Assembly: GCA_040390725.1 (NCBI GenBank)
Contig: JAZJXT010000002.1
Coordinates: 28,450 to 92,449 of the forward strand
DNA length: 64,000 nt
Source: Patescibacteria group bacterium
GTDB taxonomy: Bacteria > Patescibacteriota > Minisyncoccia > Phycocordibacterales > UBA9973
Direction: 5' to 3'
The first letter of the stretch is position 1. Every line of letters begins with the position of its first letter. Of the stretch, positions 55,835-63,264 are shown piece after piece. The position numbers and the translations under genes are program-made. The notes beneath the pieces are model-generated. The model searched no databases, was not told the origin of the DNA, and was given only the letters and a program-made list of their open reading frames with translations.

Positions 55835-57290
55835 TTTTTACCTTACAACCACATTGCCTTATGTAAATGCAGATCTGCATTTAGGGCATGCGCTTGAATT
55901 TGTGCGTGCAGATGTCATCGTGAGATATAAAAAACTCGCAGGCTTTGATGTGTATTTTAATACCGGCACGGATGAACACGGTATGAAGATATTTGAAAAG
56001 GCTAAAGAGAAAAATATTTCTGCACAAGAATTTGTAGATCAAAGTTTTTTAAATTTTAAAGAATCGGTTAAAATTTTCGGCATGGTTGATGATTTGCATT
56101 ATATACGCACTACTGATAAAAAACATGAAAACATTGCGAAAGATTTTTGGATGAAATGTTTTAACAATGGGTATATTTACAAGAAAAATTATGAGACGAA
56201 ATATTGCGTGGGCTGTGAATCAGAAAAGACTGATTCTGACCTCGTAAATGGCGAATGCCCTGATCATCCAGGTAAAAAGCTCGAAATAATCCAAGAAGAA
56301 AATTACTTTTTTAAGTATAGTGAATTTACTGATAAGTTAAATAAATTTTATGCTGAGCGTCCTGATTTTGTCGTGCCGGATTTTCGTTTTAATGAAATAA
56401 AAGCTTTTGTCGAAAGAGGATTGCAGGATTTTTCTATTTCAAGATTGAAAACAAAAATGCCTTGGGGGATAGAAGTGCCGAACGATAGTGACCATGTGAT
56501 GTATGTGTGGTTCGATGCTTTGACGAATTATATCTCGACTTTGGCAGATGATGGAGTAGATACTCTCGATGCACTGGTTGCTAGTGAAAAATTCCAAAAA
56601 TATTGGGTTAATGGAAATCCGACGCAATATTGCGGGAAAGATAATTTACGTTTTCAGTCTGCGATGTGGCAAGCGATGCTCATGTCTGTAAATATTCCTA
56701 ATTCGCATCAGATAGTTATCAATGGATTTATTACCGGTGACGGGGGAGTAAAAATGTCTAAAAGCTTGGGTAATGTTGTAGACCCCAAAGATATTGTAGC
56801 CGAATATGGCATTGATGCTTTGCGATACTTTTTACTCTCAGAAGTTTCTTCTTTTGAAGATTCGCCTTTTACTATCGAGCGTTTTAAAGAATGTTATAAT
56901 GCCAAACTCGCGAATGGTTTGGGTAATTTAACGAGCAGAATTATGAAAATGGCAGAGACTAATTTAATTTCACCAGTTTCCATAGATGATAATTTTTATC
57001 CGAAGTTAGACGTAGGAGTTGATTTAGAAATGTTTGACTTATCCAATGCTATGAAAAAAATTTGGGCGTACATGAGTACTATGGATGGTCACATACAAGA
57101 CAAACAACCTTTTAAATTAATTAAAACAGATAAAGAAAACGGAGTTAAAGAGATTACAATACTTACACAAATGCTTTTTTGTGTTGCCAAAGAGCTTGCT
57201 TCTTTTATGCCTGAAGCTTCGGAAAAAATATTAAAATTGATTAAAGAAAATAAGAAGCCTGAGCAGCCTTTATTTCAGAGGAAAGATTAA
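55824..57290 (+). CDS. metG: methionyl-tRNA synthetase (short form)
   Basis: ATG at 55824 (MKNSFYLTTTLPYVNADLHLGHA; HLGH); zinc knuckle CVGCE; KMSKSLGN. Confidence 0.9.
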   Translation: MKNSFYLTTTLPYVNADLHLGHALEFVRADVIVRYKKLAGFDVYFNTGTDEHGMKIFEKAKEKNISAQEFVDQSFLNFKESVKIFGMVDDLHYIRTTDKKHENIAKDFWMKCFNNGYIYKKNYETKYCVGCESEKTDSDLVNGECPDHPGKKLEIIQEENYFFKYSEFTDKLNKFYAERPDFVVPDFRFNEIKAFVERGLQDFSISRLKTKMPWGIEVPNDSDHVMYVWFDALTNYISTLADDGVDTLDALVASEKFQKYWVNGNPTQYCGKDNLRFQSAMWQAMLMSVNIPNSHQIVINGFITGDGGVKMSKSLGNVVDPKDIVAEYGIDALRYFLLSEVSSFEDSPFTIERFKECYNAKLANGLGNLTSRIMKMAETNLISPVSIDDNFYPKLDVGVDLEMFDLSNAMKKIWAYMSTMDGHIQDKQPFKLIKTDKENGVKEITILTQMLFCVAKELASFMPEASEKILKLIKENKKPEQPLFQRKD

Positions 57291-57293
57291 GAA

Positions 57294-57329
57294 CCTCACC
57301 CCAACCCTCTCCTTATTAAGGAGAGGGGG
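57294..57329 (+). repeat. RPE-like palindromic element, copy 2 (intergenic, metG-tatD)
   Basis: cctcaccccaaccctctccttattaaggagaggggg; 2 mismatches to copies 1 and 3; perfect 10-bp stem. Confidence 0.55.
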
Positions 57330-57343
57330 AGGAAGAAAAGATT

Positions 57344-58222
57344 ATGACACCAAAATACATCGACATACATTCACATACGAATTTCAAAGCCTTTGATGAA
57401 GATAGGGAGGCAGTACTTCAGCGTGCTTTGGACACTGAGACTTGGGTTATAAATGTCGGCACGCAGATAGACACTTCTAGGTTTGCAGTAGAAATGGCAA
57501 ACAAATATAGTGAAGGCATTTATGCAATTATTGGGCTTCACCCTATACATACCGGCGCATCGTATCACGATACAAAAGAGCTCGGTGAAGAAGGGAAAGC
57601 ATTTACTTCGCGCGGGGAAGTTTTTGAAAAAGAAAAATATCGGGAACTTTTACGCGACCCGAAAGTCGTCGGCATCGGCGAATGCGGACTTGATTATTAC
57701 AGATGCACTACGGAAACAATCTCAAAACAAAAACAAGCATTCATAGAGCAGATAGAACTTGCGAATGAATTTAATAAACCTTTGATGTTGCATATTCGAA
57801 ATAATCCAAACGTCCACCCCGCCATAAATGGCACCCCTCAAGAGGGGAATTTAAATGCAAGTGCTTATTTTGATGCATTGGAAATTTTAAAAGCTCATGC
57901 GAAAGTAAAAGGGGACGTGCATTTCTTTGCTGGAAGCTGGGAAGAGGCAAAAGGTTTTATTGAACTTGGTTTTACATTGTCTTTTACCGGAGTGATAACA
58001 TTTACTCATGATTATGACGAAGTCGTCCGCAATACTCCACTCGATATGATAATGTCCGAGACTGATTCACCGTACATTACCCCTGTGCCGTATCGAGGCA
58101 AGCGCAATGAACCTGTGTATGTTTCAGAAGTTGTAAAAAAAATTGCGGAAATAAAAGGTTTACCTGAAAATGAAGTATCTAAGGCTATCATTGCAAACGC
58201 CAAAAGGGTATTCGGGATTTAA
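57344..58222 (+). CDS. tatD: TatD-family metal-dependent hydrolase/DNase
   Basis: IDIHSHT, GECGLDY and MSETDSPY motifs. Confidence 0.85.
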   Translation: MTPKYIDIHSHTNFKAFDEDREAVLQRALDTETWVINVGTQIDTSRFAVEMANKYSEGIYAIIGLHPIHTGASYHDTKELGEEGKAFTSRGEVFEKEKYRELLRDPKVVGIGECGLDYYRCTTETISKQKQAFIEQIELANEFNKPLMLHIRNNPNVHPAINGTPQEGNLNASAYFDALEILKAHAKVKGDVHFFAGSWEEAKGFIELGFTLSFTGVITFTHDYDEVVRNTPLDMIMSETDSPYITPVPYRGKRNEPVYVSEVVKKIAEIKGLPENEVSKAIIANAKRVFGI

Positions 58223-58266
58223 GGCAATAATTTGCATTTTAAAAGTTTTCTGCTATTATAGGATTC

Positions 58267-58767
58267 ATGCAAGAAATGGAAAATAAAGATGAAAATATGG
58301 ATGGAGATGCTCGAGTTTATGAAGTCGGGTATCTTTTAGCGCCTACTATTCCAAGCGAAGAAGTCGCTAGTGTTTATGGTAATCTAAAAGAACTCATTAA
58401 CTCTTTGGGTGGTCAGGTAATAGCAGACGAGATGCCTAGGCAGATAAATTTGGCTTACCAAATGCTCCATGTTTTTCAGAATAAGAGACAAAAATTCGAC
58501 ACAGCGTATTTTGGCTGGATGAAGTTTTCTGTGGTTCCTGCAAAAGTCGCCGAGCTCAAGAAGAGTTTAGATTTAGACCCAAACTTTATCAGATTTTTAA
58601 CTATGAAGACTGTTAAAGAAAATACTTTAGCTACAAAGAAATTTGTACGTCCTGATATGGCAAAACGAAAACCTTTTACTGCAAAGAAAGAGGGTGAGAC
58701 AGAAGAAGTTGTAGAAATCAATAAAGAAGAGTTGGATAAAGAAATCGAAGCGATGGTGTCAGCTTAA
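58267..58767 (+). CDS. rpsF: 30S ribosomal protein S6 (with N- and C-terminal extensions)
   Basis: RVYEVGYLLAPT...LGGQV...RQINLAYQM core; operon context rpsF-ssb-rpsR. Exact start uncertain. Confidence 0.7.
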   Translation: MQEMENKDENMDGDARVYEVGYLLAPTIPSEEVASVYGNLKELINSLGGQVIADEMPRQINLAYQMLHVFQNKRQKFDTAYFGWMKFSVVPAKVAELKKSLDLDPNFIRFLTMKTVKENTLATKKFVRPDMAKRKPFTAKKEGETEEVVEINKEELDKEIEAMVSA

Positions 58768-58782
58768 AAATTTTAAAATATT

Positions 58783-59244
58783 ATGTATTTAAACAAAGCA
58801 ATTGTAATAGGAAATCTAACCCGCGACCCGGAACTTCGTTCTTTGCCGTCTGGGATCAAGGTCTGTACATTTTCTCTTGCTACAAATCGTGTTTGGAAAG
58901 ATAAAAATGGCGCGAAACAAGAATCTGCGGATTATCACAATGTTGTAGTATTCGGACGCCAAGCAGAAACAGTTGCTCAATACATGAAAAAAGGGAATTC
59001 AATTTTAGTAGAAGGCAGAATGCAGACACGCAGTTGGGATGACAAAACTTCTGGCGAGAAAAAATATCGTACAGAAATAGTCGCCGACAGAACACAATTC
59101 GGACCGAAAGGGGGAGCAGCGCCAAGCGGAGGTACTAGTATGGGTTCTGGTCAGACACACACACCGACAGGAGCGAGCGCAGAGGAAACAGACAGCATCG
59201 AGTATCCAGAAGAAGATATTAACCCAGAAGATATACCATTTTAA
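58783..59244 (+). CDS. ssb: single-stranded DNA-binding protein
   Basis: OB-fold (NKAIVIGNLTRDPELR); Gly/Ser-rich linker; acidic C-terminal tip EDIPF. Confidence 0.9.
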   Translation: MYLNKAIVIGNLTRDPELRSLPSGIKVCTFSLATNRVWKDKNGAKQESADYHNVVVFGRQAETVAQYMKKGNSILVEGRMQTRSWDDKTSGEKKYRTEIVADRTQFGPKGGAAPSGGTSMGSGQTHTPTGASAEETDSIEYPEEDINPEDIPF

Positions 59245-59257
59245 TTAATTAATAAGT

Positions 59258-59298
59258 CCCGATGTCGGACATATGGGAACCATATGTCCGACATCGGG
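59258..59298 (+). promoter_or_regulatory. perfect 19-bp inverted repeat (3-nt loop) between ssb and rpsR
   Basis: cccgatgtcggacatatgg gaa ccatatgtccgacatcggg; 13 nt upstream of the rpsR ATG. Confidence 0.5.
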
Positions 59299-59311
59299 GC
59301 AAAAAATACTT

Positions 59312-59512
59312 ATGAAACAAGATTACTTTTCAGCAAACAATATAAAATTTATAGACTATAAGGATATTGAAATCCTAAAGAAATTTTTGAACCCAAACGG
59401 CAAAATAATGAGCCACAAGCGTACTGGTGTAACAGCTAAAAACCAGCGCGCTCTAGCTACTGCTGTTAAGCGTGCTCGCTTTTTCGGACTCTTACCTTTT
59501 GTCGCTAAATAA
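59312..59512 (+). CDS. rpsR: 30S ribosomal protein S18
   Basis: [28 protein letters not shown]. Start at the ATG at 59312 (the ORF-track start lies inside the hairpin). Confidence 0.85.
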   Translation: MKQDYFSANNIKFIDYKDIEILKKFLNPNGKIMSHKRTGVTAKNQRALATAVKRARFFGLLPFVAK

Positions 59513-59604
59513 GATTTCTATATAAAGTTACTTTCTGGCTAGCATTAAATTTATTTTAATGATATTATGCAGTTATTATAATTTAAATAATTAACAAAAA
59601 TTAC

Positions 59605-60279
59605 ATGAAAAATACATCATTTTTTGAACAAGTTTCAGCGATTATTAAAGAAAAGTCTATATTAAACCACCCTTTTTATAAGTGTTGGCAAATGGGCAAG
59701 CTGACAAAGGAAGAAATGCAGGATTATACAAAGCAATATTATCACTTAGAAAATGCTTTTCCTCGTTTTATGTCCGGTATTCACACCAATTGCGAAAATG
59801 CAGATATGCGTCAAAATATGTTGAAAGATTTAATCGGCGAAGAAGGCGAAGCCACAAATCATGTCAATCAATTATTTGCTTTTGGAAAAGCATTCGGTTT
59901 ATCAAAAGAAGAACTTATGAACTCTAGGGCGAATCAAAATACAACTGATGCTATTAATACAATTTTGTCTTTGACTCAAGATAAAGATATCAATAAAGGT
60001 TTGGCTGCGCTTGCGACCTATAAAGAACAAATTGCGAAAGTCGCCGTGACAAAAGAATTCGGCTTGAAAGAATTTTATGGAGTAGAGGGCGACGAAGCTT
60101 TGCAATTCTTCCGAACTCACGCAAAGAAAAATGTCATTTGGCACGAAATGCTCGATGAGATGATAAATGATAAAGAACAACCTATTGCATTAAATTCTGT
60201 TGGGACTCTTTGTGATGCATGGTGGCACTATTTGGATGGCGTTACTACTCCTGCGATGAGAGAAATGGTTTGTGCTTAA
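59605..60279 (+). CDS. heme-oxygenase-like fold protein of the PqqC/TenA/CADD family
   Basis: HPFYKCWQMGKLTKEEMQDYTKQYYH... helical pattern with conserved E/H positions typical of the family. Confidence 0.55.
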   Translation: MKNTSFFEQVSAIIKEKSILNHPFYKCWQMGKLTKEEMQDYTKQYYHLENAFPRFMSGIHTNCENADMRQNMLKDLIGEEGEATNHVNQLFAFGKAFGLSKEELMNSRANQNTTDAINTILSLTQDKDINKGLAALATYKEQIAKVAVTKEFGLKEFYGVEGDEALQFFRTHAKKNVIWHEMLDEMINDKEQPIALNSVGTLCDAWWHYLDGVTTPAMREMVCA

Positions 60280-60291
60280 TTAGATTTTCTA

Positions 60292-60996
60292 ATGCAAATC
60301 AAAGCGATAAAAACAAAAGTTTTCAAAGAAAACGAAGACTTGTTTTTATTTGTGCTCAAATATATAAAAAAAATTCCGGAGAATTCTGTGCTAGTAGTTA
60401 CTTCAAAAATTGTTTCTTTGGCTGAAGGCAGGGCAGTGCCATTGAAAGATGAAAAACAAAAAATAAAAATAATAAAACAAGAAAGTTCTTTCGCGCTAAA
60501 AACAAAAATAACTTGGCTCACTATTAAGGATGGGATGGTGATGGCCGCCGCTGGTGTGGATGAATCAAATGCTGACGGGAAATTAATTTTACTGCCAAAA
60601 GATAGTTTCAAATCTGCGGAAATTTTGCGTAAAAAATTGATGCAGAAATTTAAAGTAAAAAATATTGGTGTATTAATTACTGATTCTAGGCTGATGCCCC
60701 TGCGCGCAGGAGTCGTCGGTGTCGCGCTCGGTTATGCAGGATTTAAAGGCATTAAAAATTATATCGGGAAACGCGACATTTTCGGTAGGAAATTCAAAAT
60801 GGAGCAGACGGACGTGGCAGATAGTTTAGCGACTGCAGCGGTATTGTGTATGGGGGAAGGGGCTGAATGCCAACCGTTGGCTTTGATGACGGACGTGCCG
60901 GCCGTTTTTACAAATAAAATAAACAAGAAAGAATTAATAATAGATCCGAAAAAGGACTTGTATCTGCCTTTGTTTGGGAGTATATTAAAGAAATGA
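60292..60996 (+). CDS. CofE-like gamma-glutamyl ligase family protein
   Basis: VVTSKIVSLAEGR...AAAGVDESNADGK...LITDSRLMPLRAGVVGVALGYAGF pattern of F420-0:gamma-glutamyl ligase (CofE) homologues. Confidence 0.55.
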   Translation: MQIKAIKTKVFKENEDLFLFVLKYIKKIPENSVLVVTSKIVSLAEGRAVPLKDEKQKIKIIKQESSFALKTKITWLTIKDGMVMAAAGVDESNADGKLILLPKDSFKSAEILRKKLMQKFKVKNIGVLITDSRLMPLRAGVVGVALGYAGFKGIKNYIGKRDIFGRKFKMEQTDVADSLATAAVLCMGEGAECQPLALMTDVPAVFTNKINKKELIIDPKKDLYLPLFGSILKK

Positions 60997-61499
60997 AAAA
61001 GGTTGTCAAAAAAATGGTGAAAAGTAAAAGACCGTCTTGGGATGAGTATTTTTTGCAAATGGCAGAGCTGGTGGGTACTAGAGGCACGTGCGACAGGGGG
61101 CACGCCGGTATTGTGATTGTGAAAGATAAAAGAATGCTCGCGACTGGGTATGCAGGTTCACCTGTGGGCTTAGCGCATTGCGATGATGTCGGGCACGAGA
61201 TGCATATGGTGACAAATGAAGATGGTTCGTGTTCACAACATTGCGTGCGCACTACGCATTCGGAAACCAATGCCATTGCGAACGCCGCGCGTTTCGGTGT
61301 TTCCGTAGATGGAGCGACTATGTATTCTACGATGGTGGCTTGTTATGCTTGCGCGAAAGTCGTCGTAAATGCGGGGATAAAAAGATTTGTAGCATTGAAG
61401 GACTATCACAAAAGCGCCAATACAAAAAAGATTTTCAGAGAAGCAGGAATAAAATTGGAAATAATAAATAAAGAAATTACTAAATACCCAAATCAATAA
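60993..61499 (+). CDS. dCMP deaminase (cytidine/deoxycytidylate deaminase family)
   Basis: HSETNAI and ...CYACAKV zinc-binding motifs. Start overlaps the upstream stop (ATGA). Confidence 0.85.
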   Translation: MKKVVKKMVKSKRPSWDEYFLQMAELVGTRGTCDRGHAGIVIVKDKRMLATGYAGSPVGLAHCDDVGHEMHMVTNEDGSCSQHCVRTTHSETNAIANAARFGVSVDGATMYSTMVACYACAKVVVNAGIKRFVALKDYHKSANTKKIFREAGIKLEIINKEITKYPNQ

Positions 61500-61509
61500 T
61501 CTAAATAAA

Positions 61510-61836
61510 ATGATAGATCTCAAACAATTACAAAAAGAAATAATGCAAAATAAGTTAGAGAAGGGTTTTAATACTGATGTGACCCATGAATTTTGTCGAG
61601 CCTACGAAGAACTCTCGGAGGCATTTTCAAAATATAATAAAGGTCAAGACGGGATAGCCGAAGAATTTGCAGATGTCGCCATATTTTTACTAGGTATGTG
61701 CGAAACACTAGGTTTTGATTTGGAGAAAGAAATAAAAAATAAAGTTCAAAAAAATAAAAATAGAAAATATAGAAAAGAAAAATCACCAGACGGCAAAGAT
61801 ATTTTTATACGTATAAAGACCGACGAAGATCCTTAG
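61510..61836 (+). CDS. MazG-like nucleoside triphosphate pyrophosphohydrolase (small)
   Basis: EELSEA...EEFADVAIFLLGMCETLGFDLE...K...KNRKY EExxE/ExxD pattern. Confidence 0.6.
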   Translation: MIDLKQLQKEIMQNKLEKGFNTDVTHEFCRAYEELSEAFSKYNKGQDGIAEEFADVAIFLLGMCETLGFDLEKEIKNKVQKNKNRKYRKEKSPDGKDIFIRIKTDEDP

Positions 61837-61884
61837 AAAATTGTCTACTCTCACTATCATATGAGTTTCATAGTAGACAAAATT
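61837..61884. promoter_or_regulatory. inverted repeat aaaattgtctact-N20-agtagacaaaatt (same motif as at 6020-6063)
   Basis: Read directly; upstream of the 62064 gene, immediately after the MazG-like stop. Confidence 0.4.
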
Positions 61885-61911
61885 AATTACAGTTTTTTGT
61901 TAAGTGCACCA

Positions 61912-61940
61912 TTGACATTAAAAGTTTTATATGCTACATT
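61912..61940 (+). promoter_or_regulatory. candidate promoter TTGACA-N17-TACATT
   Basis: ttgaca (61912-61917), 17-nt spacer, tacatt (61935-61940). Confidence 0.35.
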
Positions 61941-61985
61941 TTTTGTGATGCTAGTTCGTTGAAAAGATCTTGTTTTTGATGAAAA

Positions 61986-62039
61986 TTTTGAAAACTATCA
62001 TAACAACTATTTACTTGGTTTGTATGATAGTTTTCAAAA
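61986..62039 (+). promoter_or_regulatory. perfect 17-bp inverted repeat in the 5' leader of the 62064 gene
   Basis: ttttgaaaactatcata -N20- tatgatagttttcaaaa. Confidence 0.4.
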
Positions 62040-62063
62040 TTAATTTCACAAATTCAAATCAAA

Positions 62064-62630
62064 ATGAAAAGAATAGTTATCATGGCTGTAATCAGCTTGA
62101 GTATTTGTTTATCCGTTTTTTCTCAGGAAAATAAAAATGGATGGTTTGCAAATCTTCAAACGCAAACAGGTGACAGTATTAGGTTATACTTAATTTCTAA
62201 TATAAGTGTAGCTTATACAAAACAGTTCAATAATGTTGCAAAAGCAGCTGGACCTTTAACAAAAAGTGATGACGAAATTTTTAAGGTTGCTGAGCTCTAC
62301 AAGGCACCAGAGAAAGATTCGATTGAAACAGTTGTTTTAGTTAACTTTCCTAATGGTGATGGAAGTTGGTCTAAAGCTCTCAGCTGGGGAGTTAAGAATA
62401 ATCTTCGTATAACAGACCCACACCTTGTTTTTGCAATCGCAGAGAAGTTCCCAAAGCTTAACTGGAAACCTCCTTTTGGTAGTTGGACATACCTTATTGA
62501 GACAACAGGTTGCACTTTTAATGAAAGTAGACAAATGTGCTGTGTTTTGTTTAATGGTTTGGATAGAGCATCTTTATTGCTTTACCAAAAAGCCGGGCAA
62601 AAAAATACCTGGTTTGCTTTTCGAAAATAA
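62064..62630 (+). CDS. secreted hypothetical protein (188 aa)
   Basis: Signal peptide MKRIVIMAVISLSICLSVFS|QE; no recognisable domain. Confidence 0.45.
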   Translation: MKRIVIMAVISLSICLSVFSQENKNGWFANLQTQTGDSIRLYLISNISVAYTKQFNNVAKAAGPLTKSDDEIFKVAELYKAPEKDSIETVVLVNFPNGDGSWSKALSWGVKNNLRITDPHLVFAIAEKFPKLNWKPPFGSWTYLIETTGCTFNESRQMCCVLFNGLDRASLLLYQKAGQKNTWFAFRK

Positions 62631-62657
62631 AAAGTAATTTAAAAAAGAGAAATCTTC

Positions 62658-62688
62658 CCTGTAATAAAATACAGGGTTTTTTATTTTT
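62658..62688. terminator. bidirectional rho-independent terminator between convergent genes
   Basis: ccctgta ataaaa tacaggg followed by ttttttatttttt; A-run upstream. Confidence 0.6.
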
Positions 62689-62694
62689 TAAAAA

Positions 62695-63243
62695 TTACTT
62701 TTTTTCATAAACCACAAAAGAATACGGCAAGGGGTTTTTGTCGTCGGGTTGGTGATTTTCGCGCCAGGTTTCTTTCCAGATGTTTTTATCTATTGCAGGG
62801 AAAAACACATCGGCAGTTTTGTCTTCGGCACTTATTTCTGTGATGTCTAGGTGCGTCGCCACTGTATTTATGGCTTGTCGGTAAATATCCGCTCCGCCTA
62901 TTATGTAAACTTTTTCTTCCCCCTCTCCTTTATAAGGAGAGGGCTGGGGTGAGGTGCTTACTTTTTTAACTGCCTCCTCTAAAGAATGCACTACGTCTAT
63001 GCCGAGGCGTAGATAGCTTTTATCTCGTGTGATTATTATATTTCTGCGGGATGGCAAAGGTCGTCCAAGTTCGCCAGAAGGGCTTTTGCCCAATGATTCA
63101 AAAGTTTTCCTGCCCATTATTACCGGATGCCCCAAAGTTTTATCTCGAAAATATTTTTGATCTGCCGGCATTTTCCAAACTAAATCATTACCCTTGCCGA
63201 GCTCATTATTTTTTCCTATGGCTGCTATTAGTGAAATTATCAT
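62695..63243 (-). CDS. folA: dihydrofolate reductase
   Basis: MIISLIAAIGKNNELGKGNDLVWKMPADQKYFRDKTLGHPVIMGRKTF. Contains the in-frame palindromic insert (STSPQPSPYKGEGEE). Confidence 0.9.
   Translation of the reverse strand: MIISLIAAIGKNNELGKGNDLVWKMPADQKYFRDKTLGHPVIMGRKTFESLGKSPSGELGRPLPSRRNIIITRDKSYLRLGIDVVHSLEEAVKKVSTSPQPSPYKGEGEEKVYIIGGADIYRQAINTVATHLDITEISAEDKTADVFFPAIDKNIWKETWRENHQPDDKNPLPYSFVVYEKK
62919..62955 (-). repeat. RPE-like palindromic element, copy 3 (in-frame within folA)
   Basis: Reverse complement is cctcaccccagccctctccttataaaggagagggg, identical to the pgk copy; same orientation relative to its host gene. Confidence 0.6.
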
Positions 63244-63264
63244 AAGTTTAAAATGCTTAATTTT

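Noticed and set aside
57811-57850. Possible degenerate copy of the RPE-like element inside tatD (ccaccccgcc...cacccctcaagagggg, encoding HPAINGTPQEGNL)
   Set aside because: There is only a 6-bp stem with a 2-nt loop and poor similarity to the 36-bp consensus; this cannot be distinguished from chance without a genome-wide model of the element.
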